From Neorhizobium turbinariae (lineage in GTDB: Bacteria; Pseudomonadota; Alphaproteobacteria; Rhizobiales; Rhizobiaceae): a stretch of DNA of 24,000 nt. The notes below the pieces were generated by a model. It had not been told where the DNA came from. It worked only from the letters and a program-made list of their open reading frames with translations, and ran no database searches. The position numbers were made by a program, and so were the translations under genes. This document shows positions 15,416 to 23,797 of the stretch, one piece after another. The stretch lies in the NCBI RefSeq assembly GCF_023223505.1, contig NZ_JALPRY010000001.1, forward strand, positions 394,894 to 418,893, read 5' to 3'. Each line of letters starts with the position of its first letter. The first letter of the stretch is position 1.

Positions 15416-16114
15416 TTATTTGGCGTCGGGTTCCATCAAGGCGAGCCGTGCCTCGGAGAAAAACTGGCGGCGCGTCAGGACGGCGATCACAACCACCGTC
15501 GTCGCCATGAACATATAGGGCCCGGCGAACCAGCCGAGATAACCGATCGACAGAAAAATTGCTCGCAGCCCGGCATTGAAGTTCCGCGCCGCGATGATGT
15601 TCATTTCGACCACCTGGTCCGCCGCCTTTTCCGCTGCTGCGCGGTCGACATTGGTCTCGTGCATCATCGGCAGCGCGCCAAACAGGATCGTGCAGTAGTT
15701 GAAGAGCCGATAGGACCAACCGAATTTGAAGAACGCATAGCCGAACAGCACTGTAAGGCCTGCAACCTTCAGCTCGAAGGTCGTGCGTCCGCTATAGGCG
15801 ACGAAGGCAAGGTCGCGAAACACGGCATCGACCTGGTCGGTGGCGCCGAGCAGCGCAAAACAGCCGCCCATGGCGAAGATCGAGGTGGAGGCGAAAAAGG
15901 CCGTGCCGTTCTGCAGGCCGGCCATGATCTGCGTGTCGATCATCTTCAGGTCGCGCCGCAGAGAATTGTAGATCCACAGCTTGCGTCTTTCCGCCATGGC
16001 GCGATTGAGGCTCGCACGCGGAAGCAGCCGCGCACCGGACCCGGCAGTTATCCACGAATAGACCCACCAGAGCACGAGGAAGAGGGCTAGTGCGGCATAG
16101 TCGAGCGTCGTCAT
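15416..16114 (-). CDS. Integral membrane protein, probably DUF599 family
   Basis: 232 aa from ATG 16114 with about 4-5 TM helices. Size and N-terminus (LDYAALALFLVLWWVYSW) recall DUF599. The family call is from memory only. Confidence 0.7.
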   Translation of the reverse strand: MTTLDYAALALFLVLWWVYSWITAGSGARLLPRASLNRAMAERRKLWIYNSLRRDLKMIDTQIMAGLQNGTAFFASTSIFAMGGCFALLGATDQVDAVFRDLAFVAYSGRTTFELKVAGLTVLFGYAFFKFGWSYRLFNYCTILFGALPMMHETNVDRAAAEKAADQVVEMNIIAARNFNAGLRAIFLSIGYLGWFAGPYMFMATTVVVIAVLTRRQFFSEARLALMEPDAK

Positions 16115-16329
16115 GGGTCAACCTTGGGGGACGGTGGTCGTGCTTCTCTCATGAGAGGTTTCTCAGAGTCTCGCAAGAGTCAGAGGGCAGGAGGGAACTT
16201 GGACGGTCCAGCAGCATTGAAACATGACAAAGCTGTGGCTGCCGCCTTCTTTCCGCCATCTTGGTGATTGCGGAGCCGGCGGTAATTTAATAGACGGTTA
16301 GCCATACGGCCGCGCAAGGACGTAGAAAA

Positions 16330-16455
16330 ATGTCTAGAGACCTTGGAGACGATATGGAAGAGACTGCACAGACATCCTGCTGGAGCGTAACCTTCAAGGC
16401 GCTTGCGGGATTTGCAGGAGCTCTCGCGCTCGCCTATCTCTTCGGCGCATTCTGA
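16330..16455 (+). CDS. Candidate 41-aa tail-anchored small membrane protein
   Basis: My own read: MSRDLGDDMEETAQTSCWSVTFKALAGFAGALALAYLFGAF, with an acidic head and a C-terminal TM helix. AAGGA is about 10 nt upstream, and a hairpin plus T-rich tract follows 20 nt downstream. Confidence 0.35.
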   Translation: MSRDLGDDMEETAQTSCWSVTFKALAGFAGALALAYLFGAF

Positions 16456-16475
16456 CCAGCCTAAAAAGATCCTGG

Positions 16476-16509
16476 CGGCGTGGTATTGCTACCGCGCCGT
16501 TCCTATTTC
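16476..16509 (+). terminator. Putative intrinsic terminator after the 41-aa ORF
   Basis: CGGCGTGGTA-ttgc-TACCGCGCCG (10-bp stem with one G-U pair) followed by TTCCTATTTC. Confidence 0.45.
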
Positions 16510-16609
16510 AGAACAGTGTCGCGGCCATCCAAGTGGATGTCGGATCACCACCTGAACTATAGGAACTGACGACCTAGACTTCATCATCGGGTTAGTCAGC
16601 GGGATACAG

Positions 16610-18010
16610 ATGTTTCTTTCCGTCTTCGACGTTTTCAAGATTGGTGTAGGCCCTTCAAGCTCCCACACGATGGGACCCATGTCGGCTGCCAATCGCTTCC
16701 TCGAGCTGATACTTTCCAATGATTGGCCGCGCCCGGCGGGCACGCATGTCGCAGCGCTGAAGGTGAGCCTGCATGGCTCGCTTGCCTTTACCGGCATCGG
16801 CCATGGAACGGGCAGGGCGGTCATCCTCGGCCTTATGGGCGAGGCGCCGGCAAAGGTCGATCCCGACCGCATGGACGAGATCATCGCCGAGGTCGAGCGG
16901 ACCGGACGCGTTTCGCCTCCCGGCCATCCGATTTACGAGTTCCAACCGAAGACCGACCTGATCTTCGACAAGAAGCAGCCTCTTCCGGGCCACGCGAACG
17001 GCATGAGCTTCTCCGTCTTCGATCGCGATGGCCGGCTTCTCCTGAAGCGGATCTATTATTCGATCGGTGGCGGTTTCGTCGTGACCGATACCGAGCTTGA
17101 GGCCATGCGGGCTTCGAAGAAGTCCAGCAGCGATGCGCGGGTGCCGTATCCCTTCTCCACTGCCAAGCAGATGCTCGAGATGGCGCAAGGCTCCGGTCTC
17201 ACCATCGCGCAGATGAAGCGTGCCAACGAAGAGACCAGGATGAGCCGCGCGGATCTCGATGCGGGGCTCGACGAAATCTGGGAAGCGATGAAGAGCTGCA
17301 TCGACCGCGGTCTCAAGGTCGACGGCATCATGCCGGGTGGGCTGAAGGTTCGGCGTCGGGCCCGCGCGATCCATGACAAGCTGAACGAGGAATGGCGCAG
17401 CAACCGGCTCAATCCGCTGCTCGCCAATGACTGGCTCTCCGTCTACGCCATGGCGGTGAACGAGGAGAATGCCGGCGGTGGTCGCGTTGTGACGGCACCG
17501 ACCAATGGCGCGGCCGGTGTCATCCCGGCAACGGTTCGCTACTACCTGCATTTTCATGAGGATGCGACGCAGGAGGATATCCGCAACTTCCTGCTGACCG
17601 CGGCCGCCATCGGCGGAATCATCAAGCACAACGCCTCCATCTCCGGTGCCGAGGTCGGCTGCCAGGGTGAGGTCGGTTCTGCTGCCGCCATGGCCGCGGC
17701 AGGGCTTGCTGCCGTGATGGGTGGTTCACCGGAGCAGGTCGAGAATGCCGCCGAAATCGCGCTCGAGCACCATCTTGGCATGACCTGCGACCCGGTGGCG
17801 GGGCTCGTCCAGGTGCCTTGCATCGAACGCAACGCGCTCGGAGCCGTGAAGGCCGTGACTGCGGCCTCGCTCGCATTAAAGGGTGACGGCGCTCATTTCG
17901 TGCCGCTTGATGCCTGCATCGAGACCATGCGCCAGACCGGCAACGACATGAGCGAGAAATACAAGGAAACCTCGACCGGCGGCCTCGCCGTCAACGTGGT
18001 GGAGTGCTGA
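16610..18010 (+). CDS. sdaA: L-serine ammonia-lyase, iron-sulfur-dependent, single chain
   Basis: 466 aa starting [23 protein letters not shown] (canonical SdaA N-terminus). The C-terminal alpha domain has the CQGEVGSA and [17 protein letters not shown] cysteine motifs. Confidence 0.95.
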   Translation: MFLSVFDVFKIGVGPSSSHTMGPMSAANRFLELILSNDWPRPAGTHVAALKVSLHGSLAFTGIGHGTGRAVILGLMGEAPAKVDPDRMDEIIAEVERTGRVSPPGHPIYEFQPKTDLIFDKKQPLPGHANGMSFSVFDRDGRLLLKRIYYSIGGGFVVTDTELEAMRASKKSSSDARVPYPFSTAKQMLEMAQGSGLTIAQMKRANEETRMSRADLDAGLDEIWEAMKSCIDRGLKVDGIMPGGLKVRRRARAIHDKLNEEWRSNRLNPLLANDWLSVYAMAVNEENAGGGRVVTAPTNGAAGVIPATVRYYLHFHEDATQEDIRNFLLTAAAIGGIIKHNASISGAEVGCQGEVGSAAAMAAAGLAAVMGGSPEQVENAAEIALEHHLGMTCDPVAGLVQVPCIERNALGAVKAVTAASLALKGDGAHFVPLDACIETMRQTGNDMSEKYKETSTGGLAVNVVEC

Positions 18011-18080
18011 GTCGTTTCGTCGCTGTGGAGGGGAGGTCATGCGCCTTGACCTCCACGGCGAATGGGTCTTGAAGAAGCGG

Positions 18081-18518
18081 ATGTCGCTACATCTGATCAA
18101 GCTTTGCGTCGGGGCCGACTCCATCCAGGATCTGCGGGATTGGGTTGCCGAACGCGCCCTCAATGCGATCGCTGCCGGCCTCGAGCCGCACAGCGTGCAC
18201 ACCACGCGTATGGTTCCCAAGCGCATCGACGAGCTGCTTGAAAATGGCTCGCTCTATTGGGTGATCAAGGGCCAGGTGATGGCGCGGCAGAAGCTGCTCA
18301 AGATCGAGACGGTGACCGGCGGCGACGGTATCCAGCGTTGCCAGCTATTCCTCGGCCCGGAAGTGATCGAGACGGCGCCGCAGCCGAAGCGGCCGTTCCA
18401 GGGCTGGCGATACCTGAAACATGAAGAAGCGCCGCGTGACCTCGGAAATCTCGGCGAGGACCTGACGGCGCTTCCTGAAGAGCTTCGGCGCGAACTCGCC
18501 GAGCTTGGCTTGCTGTAA
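18081..18518 (+). CDS. DUF1489 family protein
   Basis: MSLHLIKLCVGADSIQDL... matches the conserved DUF1489 N-terminus as I recall it, so ATG 18081 is preferred over the ORF-track start at 18039. Confidence 0.7.
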   Translation: MSLHLIKLCVGADSIQDLRDWVAERALNAIAAGLEPHSVHTTRMVPKRIDELLENGSLYWVIKGQVMARQKLLKIETVTGGDGIQRCQLFLGPEVIETAPQPKRPFQGWRYLKHEEAPRDLGNLGEDLTALPEELRRELAELGLL

Positions 18519-18522
18519 TCTC

Positions 18523-18792
18523 TTAGCGGATTTTCAGACGAACCGGGGCCCGCCCGGAGCGGCCGGCGACGTGCAGATGGATCTGCGCTTCCGGCTGCGT
18601 GTGGCGCCATGCCCGTGCACCATGGCTGAGCAGCAGTGCCACGAGATCGCGCGTCTTCTCCTTGGAGCGGCCGATCCCGATGCCGGCCAGACGCATCGCC
18701 GCCTCGTGAAGCGGGTTGAGGGCAATGCCCCGTGCCCGGTTCTTAGACGGACTGCGGAATGCAAGATCCGCGCTGTTTTCGTTCAGTCCCAT
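18523..18792 (-). CDS. Hypothetical 89-aa basic protein (uncertain)
   Basis: Codon usage is GC3-rich and rhizobial-like in this frame, with no convincing SD and no family recognised. Competing overlapping ORFs on both strands look less coding-like. Confidence 0.3.
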   Translation of the reverse strand: MGLNENSADLAFRSPSKNRARGIALNPLHEAAMRLAGIGIGRSKEKTRDLVALLLSHGARAWRHTQPEAQIHLHVAGRSGRAPVRLKIR

Positions 18793-18874
18793 AGGAAACC
18801 CCGCTTACGCTATACTCTCGAGATTTCTCCGCGCCGACAGCCGGCGCGGGCATTACGTCAGGCGAGACTCTCGC

Positions 18875-20392
18875 TTACTGCTGGGCAGCCCAGCAGCTGA
18901 TGCCCTTTTTCTTGAGCATGTTGCAGGCCTCGACCGCCTTCTTCTGGTCGCCGAAGCCACCGAAACGGGCGCGGTACATCTGTTCGCCATTGTTGGTGAA
19001 GGCGACCGTGAACGGCGTTGCGGAACGCAGCACCTTGCCGCCCTTGTCCTGCGCATTCTGAAGCAGGCCCTGGGCCATCTTCTCGTCAGGCGACGCACCG
19101 ATCTGGATGACCCACCCCTGCGGAAGCGCTGCAGCCTTGGAAGCCTTGGTTGACGCGGTGGTGACCTGGTCGAGCGCCGGCTTGTTGGTGCGAACGGCAG
19201 CGACTTCTTCGCGGCGCTCGGGAATGAATTCCGGGGCAGGCGTCGGGACGGCGGAGACATTCGCCATAGCCTTGTCCATGACCTGGTTGATCACCTTCTT
19301 TTGTGACGATTCGCCGGCATAGGCGGTGGCGGCCGGAGCGATCGATGCAGCAGGCTGTTCGCTGTAACGGGATTCCGGACGCGGACCAGCCGGCGGCAGG
19401 TCAAGCGCTGCCATCTGGCGGGCTTCGGAAACCTTCGGCTCGGAGCGAACGGGAGCGGTCGGGACGGCAACCGGTGCGGTCGGTGCAGCCTGGGCGATCA
19501 GGTTCGATGTGCCGCCGCGCGATGCCTTCGGCAGATATTCGGCGACCAGCTTGCGCATGGTTGCATCACGTGCGGCGCTGGAGCGACCACCAAGTACAAC
19601 GGCGACGATGGAGCGGCCGTCAAGTTCTGCGGAGGTTGCGAGGTTGCTGCCTGCGGCGCGGGTATAGCCGGTCTTGATGCCGTCGACACCCTTCACGGAG
19701 CCAACCAGACGATTGTGGTTGCCGATGACCTGCTTGCCGAAGTTGAAGCTGCGGATGCTGAAATAGTGGTAGTACTGCGGAAAGTGCTGGCGAAGCGCGA
19801 TACCAAGACGAGCCTGATCGCGTGCCGTCGTCATCTGGGCCGTGTTCGGCAGGCCATGCGCGTTGCGGTAAGTTGTGCGGGTCATGCCGAGCGCACGGGC
19901 CTTGCTGGTCATCATCTGCGCGAAGCGGTTTTCGGATCCGCCAACGAATTCGCCGAGAGCCGTTGCGATGTCGTTTGCCGAACGCGTGACAAGGGCGCGG
20001 ATCGCCTGGTCGACCGTGACCGAGCCACCGGCGCGGACGCCGAGCTTGGACGGAGGCTCCTTGGCGGCATTGGCGGAAACGGGAACGGTGCTGTCGAGGC
20101 GGATGCGGCCGGCCTCAAGCGCTTCGAAGGTGAGGTAGAGGGTCATCATCTTCGTGAGCGACGCGGGATAACGCAGGCCATCCGGATCTTCCGAATAGAG
20201 CACCTTGCCGGTTTTCGCGTCGACAACGATGCCGGCATATTTGGGAGCCGCAGCCGCGGGAGCCGCAAACGCCGTCAGGGTTATCACTAGGGTGAGAAGA
20301 TAACCGAGGAACCACCCCGGGATGGCCGCAGCATCCTTCTTAGGGGATGCGGAAAACACTGTTTTTGACACTGCCGCACTCATCGCTTGCAT
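18875..20392 (-). CDS. Serine-type D-Ala-D-Ala carboxypeptidase (peptidase S11, low-MW PBP) fused to a C-terminal SPOR domain
   Basis: Active-site motifs SLTK (SxxK), SAN (SxN) and KTGYT (KTG). N-terminal TM/signal segment, Ala/Pro-rich linker. The C-terminal ~75 aa (WVIQIGASPDEKMAQ...YRARFGGFGDQKKAVEACNMLKKKGISCWAAQ) is SPOR-like. Confidence 0.9.
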   Translation of the reverse strand: MQAMSAAVSKTVFSASPKKDAAAIPGWFLGYLLTLVITLTAFAAPAAAAPKYAGIVVDAKTGKVLYSEDPDGLRYPASLTKMMTLYLTFEALEAGRIRLDSTVPVSANAAKEPPSKLGVRAGGSVTVDQAIRALVTRSANDIATALGEFVGGSENRFAQMMTSKARALGMTRTTYRNAHGLPNTAQMTTARDQARLGIALRQHFPQYYHYFSIRSFNFGKQVIGNHNRLVGSVKGVDGIKTGYTRAAGSNLATSAELDGRSIVAVVLGGRSSAARDATMRKLVAEYLPKASRGGTSNLIAQAAPTAPVAVPTAPVRSEPKVSEARQMAALDLPPAGPRPESRYSEQPAASIAPAATAYAGESSQKKVINQVMDKAMANVSAVPTPAPEFIPERREEVAAVRTNKPALDQVTTASTKASKAAALPQGWVIQIGASPDEKMAQGLLQNAQDKGGKVLRSATPFTVAFTNNGEQMYRARFGGFGDQKKAVEACNMLKKKGISCWAAQQ

Positions 20393-20531
20393 TCACGTTA
20401 TTACATCCGGCCGCTCCCCCGATCGCAGCCGTTATCCAGCAATCTAGGGGAATAGCGTTACCAAGAGGTTTATGATGAACAATCCGTTGCCCCGGTTTGC
20501 TGCATCCGAACCTTGCGGAGCAGCGGGCATT

Positions 20532-21326
20532 TCACCTGGTGGAGAGCCGGGCTTCGACAAAGGATCTAACTGCGGCATCAATATGTTGCCAGTCCTCCAA
20601 AAGGTCGCTGGAGAAGCGATAAAGCACAGAAAGATCCTGTCCGACGTGGATATCTCGCTGGCAGTCACCGCCCGTTGACCTCTCTCCCGCAGCAGGCAGG
20701 AGGCAGCGAACGGCATAATCATCTTCGCCAGGACGTGACGCCGTCAGCAGCACTTCCGGGCCATAGCCGGCCTCGGGATCGAGTCGATGAAGGGTGAGGC
20801 CGGACTCCGCCTGTTCGGGTGGCCCGTCGAACAGCTTCGAGTAGATGGGATCGACCCGACCCGACATGTCGCGCGACATCGTGCTTTGCGAAAGCTGCAG
20901 GAAAATCAGGGTAGACGATTGGCCGGCGTCATCGAAGCGCGCGCGCAGTTCGGGGCGAAAACCCGACATTTCCGGCCATGTCAGGTAAAGATCGGCGCGC
21001 TCGGATGTCCCGGAACGGCGCTGGTCGCGGAAGCGGATGACATTGGCGGGAAGTTCCAACTTATCCTGGCCGATCTGCAGCGAAACGAGTTCTTCGCTGT
21101 CCGTATGCCCTGCGAGGGAAATCTTTTCACCGAACCAGCGACCGCCAAGGCTGATTCCGGCAGTCAGGAGTGCGAGAAGGGCAATCACGGCCGTCAACCG
21201 GTAGATGAACCGGTTGGAGATCAGCGGTGCCTCTTCTGTTTGAGAATGATGGCCAGACACTGCCCGATGCGCTCCGTCGTCGTTGGCTCGTCGCGCGTGG
21301 GTAGGGATGGACCCGAAACGCAGCAA
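20532..21326 (-). CDS. Hypothetical single-pass membrane protein with a ~190-aa extracytoplasmic domain
   Basis: The ORF-track start at 21326 is TTG. GTG 21260 (GGAG 11 nt upstream) is an alternative. TM helix YRLTAVIALLALLTAGISLGG. No family recognised. Confidence 0.6.
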   Translation of the reverse strand: MLRFGSIPTHARRANDDGAHRAVSGHHSQTEEAPLISNRFIYRLTAVIALLALLTAGISLGGRWFGEKISLAGHTDSEELVSLQIGQDKLELPANVIRFRDQRRSGTSERADLYLTWPEMSGFRPELRARFDDAGQSSTLIFLQLSQSTMSRDMSGRVDPIYSKLFDGPPEQAESGLTLHRLDPEAGYGPEVLLTASRPGEDDYAVRCLLPAAGERSTGGDCQRDIHVGQDLSVLYRFSSDLLEDWQHIDAAVRSFVEARLSTR

Positions 21327-21419
21327 GACGAAGCGACGGTCACTCTGGCGTGTCTTGGTTAATGCGGAGTAAATGCGTGGAGGCGGACGCCAAGCAGAGC
21401 TGAACTGTCCGCCTGACGA

Positions 21420-22031
21420 TCACTTCGAAACCGCACCCACGGCCATGGCGCGGCCGTCCTGGAGCTTGACCCAGCGCGCAGGGTTGTCGCTCGCCTGTCG
21501 CTTGAGGAAGGTGTATTCCGTGTCGGTCCACACCATCACCTTGTTGCGCATGTTGTCGAGAACGAAGTCGCCGCGATCGGTGCGGACGGTCAGCACGGCA
21601 TGGCCTTCGCCATTTGGCTGCAGGACGACCGTGATCAGCAGGTCCGAGGGAGAGAAGCCCTTGGTCATCAGCATCTTGCGCTTCAGAAGCACGAAGTCTT
21701 CACAGTCGCCGACGGTGCGGGGATAGGCCCAACGCTCTTCGACGCCGTAGATCTCCTGGTCGGTCATCGGGGTGATCGACGAATTGACGGTGTAGTTGAC
21801 GTCGAGAAGCGTGCGCCACTTCTCTTCGGTCAGCGTCATCGGCCCGCGATCCTTATAGGAAGCCGTGCACTCGCTCGTATAGGTCTTGCAGAACTCGTAA
21901 TGCCCGATCGGCGGGTTCGCCTGGCCGATGACGCGCATGGCGCCGGCGGGCATGGAGAAGGCCGATCCGGCCGAGATGACGGCCATGACGGCGGTGATGG
22001 CTGCGAGGCGTATTCCCTTGAGGTGGCTCAT
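21420..22031 (-). CDS. Bacterial transglutaminase-like cysteine peptidase (BTLCP, LapG family, peptidase C93)
   Basis: 203 aa with signal peptide MSHLKGIRLAAITAVMAVISAGSAFS. Catalytic Cys in the GDCEDFVLLK context (C110), His in GEGHAVL (H144) and Asp in FVLDN (D159). Confidence 0.85.
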   Translation of the reverse strand: MSHLKGIRLAAITAVMAVISAGSAFSMPAGAMRVIGQANPPIGHYEFCKTYTSECTASYKDRGPMTLTEEKWRTLLDVNYTVNSSITPMTDQEIYGVEERWAYPRTVGDCEDFVLLKRKMLMTKGFSPSDLLITVVLQPNGEGHAVLTVRTDRGDFVLDNMRNKVMVWTDTEYTFLKRQASDNPARWVKLQDGRAMAVGAVSK

Positions 22032-22533
22032 GTTCTTGTCTCCCCGTTATGGGAAGGACAATGCCAGGCAGGGTTTGAGCGACGGCAAAATCCCGTAGTA
22101 AAAACAAATGCTTATTTGAACTCAATTCTGCTAAATTACCAATCGAATACAGATAAAATTGGATCGATCGGGTTATCGAAGATGGCACGCCGGAAGAGCG
22201 TCCGTAACCGCGGCGGAATGCTCGTCGGCCAATGAACTCGGGCTTGTTCGAGGGGGAAGAAGCAGGTCGATGGTGGCAGACCGCGGTGAAAGGTTAACGC
22301 GAAGCCTGGCTGAGATGCGCTGATCCATACAAGCTGTCATGAAAAATCACGTCACACGCCGGTTTTACGCCGCAACGTCTCAAGAAAATAATCTCGAAAC
22401 GGCACATTTTTTTCTGGTCGTAATGGGACAGCAGAGGTGCGATGTGGGCCGATGACACAGGTGATAGCGCGCATGCGCATGGCGCAGGCGCTTTAGGTCG
22501 TCACGGGCTGATCACAGAGGGAATGGATGAAGC

Positions 22534-23142
22534 TTAGAGAAACTCGGTCAGAGTTTCGCGCGACTGGACCGAGCTGAACTCGATCGCGACGCCTTCCATG
22601 AAGTGGCGAACCACGCGGCCCCGCATGCTGCCGAGGCGCACGGCCGTGCCAAGGGCAGGCCGGATATCGATGTCGATTGCCGCGCCGGACAGCGAAAGGT
22701 CCATGATACGGCAGGCATAACGGCGGCCGTCATCAAGAGTGATCTCGGCGCGCGTATTGCGCGGAGCAAGACGATCATGTCGGCGATCTTCCGGAAGGCC
22801 GAGTTCGTGCTTGTTGGCGATCCACGTCAACTGGGCGGCCAGTTTCTCGCGCTTGCGGTCCGTCGCGTTGATCGACATCACGAAGCCGTTAGCTGTGAGG
22901 GCGGTGACATTGCCCTCGAGGCGACCCAGGTGATCGAGATAGGCGACGACGCGCTCGCCGACGGCCGGGCGGCCGGCGCAGGTGAAGCTCACGTCGCCAG
23001 GCGACATGTCGACAGCGTCACACGGGAATTCTTCGTAGGACGCCAGCATCAGCCGACCGGGCACGTTGACCGTCACGCTCTGGAATGCCCGCTGCGTGGG
23101 AGCAACCTGCGTCTGGGTTGGTGCCGGCTGGAATGAATACAT
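22534..23142 (-). CDS. PilZ domain protein (degenerate N-terminal PilZ-like barrel plus canonical C-terminal PilZ)
   Basis: The C-terminal half has c-di-GMP motifs RRHDR (RxxxR) and DLSLSGAA (DxSxxG). The N-terminal half has DMSPGD but no RxxxR. Confidence 0.85.
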   Translation of the reverse strand: MYSFQPAPTQTQVAPTQRAFQSVTVNVPGRLMLASYEEFPCDAVDMSPGDVSFTCAGRPAVGERVVAYLDHLGRLEGNVTALTANGFVMSINATDRKREKLAAQLTWIANKHELGLPEDRRHDRLAPRNTRAEITLDDGRRYACRIMDLSLSGAAIDIDIRPALGTAVRLGSMRGRVVRHFMEGVAIEFSSVQSRETLTEFL

Positions 23143-23212
23143 TAGGGGTGCGGCCCTGTTGGTGCGTCCCGTCTACAATAGCGTGGCCGAGTTAACAGAT
23201 GGTTGTTGCACC

Positions 23213-23797
23213 TCAGGTTGTACGCGCCACCATCGGCTGTGGCGTCCGCCGCGTGTTTGGCTGGTCGGCCTTGTCTGCCGTCAGTGGTACGCCGAAGTGG
23301 GCGTCGCTGCCGGTGAGGAAGGTCCAGTCCCTCAGCCGGAAGCCCGGGACAGGCGAGCGTGGCCGGGGCTGGCCGGGCATGACCGGCATCAGTGATCCCA
23401 GGACCCGGTCGCAGCCATCGAACTCTGTCGACCAGAGCGGCAGCAGCAACATCTGGTATGGCTGATCCTTTCGGATCTCTGGGAGAACGAGTTCAAGAAG
23501 CGCCGGCGTCTCGTATTCGAGCACCTTGTGTGCCAGATCGGCACCATCGGTCGCGTTCGAACCGCTGAAGAGATAACCGAAGGACTGGTCCTTCAACTCG
23601 CGATCAAACAGGTCGCAGAGACGGGTCCCCGCCAGGCGGAACGTTGGCGCGCCGGTGTTGCTCTTTGCGATGATGAACAGGTCCGGCAGGAGATGGCGCA
23701 GTGCGGATGGGTCAACCTGGGTTCGTAGCGGCGCGATCCGATCGCCCTTGATGTTCAGCCAGTAGTCGAAAAAGGACCGGCTTGCATGGTTTTGCAT
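23213..23797 (-). CDS. PAS-fold protein of the PF07310 (PAS_5/DUF1457) type
   Basis: 194 aa. N-terminal FFDYWLNIKGDRIAPLRTQVDPSALRHLLPDLFII matches the conserved opening of this Rhizobiales-abundant family as I recall it. AGGTG SD before ATG 23797. Confidence 0.7.
   Translation of the reverse strand: MQNHASRSFFDYWLNIKGDRIAPLRTQVDPSALRHLLPDLFIIAKSNTGAPTFRLAGTRLCDLFDRELKDQSFGYLFSGSNATDGADLAHKVLEYETPALLELVLPEIRKDQPYQMLLLPLWSTEFDGCDRVLGSLMPVMPGQPRPRSPVPGFRLRDWTFLTGSDAHFGVPLTADKADQPNTRRTPQPMVARTT

Noticed and set aside
16655-17629. 324-aa minus-strand ORF
   Set aside because: It lies antisense to sdaA, whose identity is unambiguous. This is the same high-GC antisense artefact.
18505-18900. 131-aa plus-strand ORF
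   Set aside because: It overlaps the ends of three better-supported genes or ORFs and has poor codon bias.
22406-22412. T7 run on the plus strand as a terminator of an unannotated transcript
   Set aside because: No stable stem precedes the T-run.
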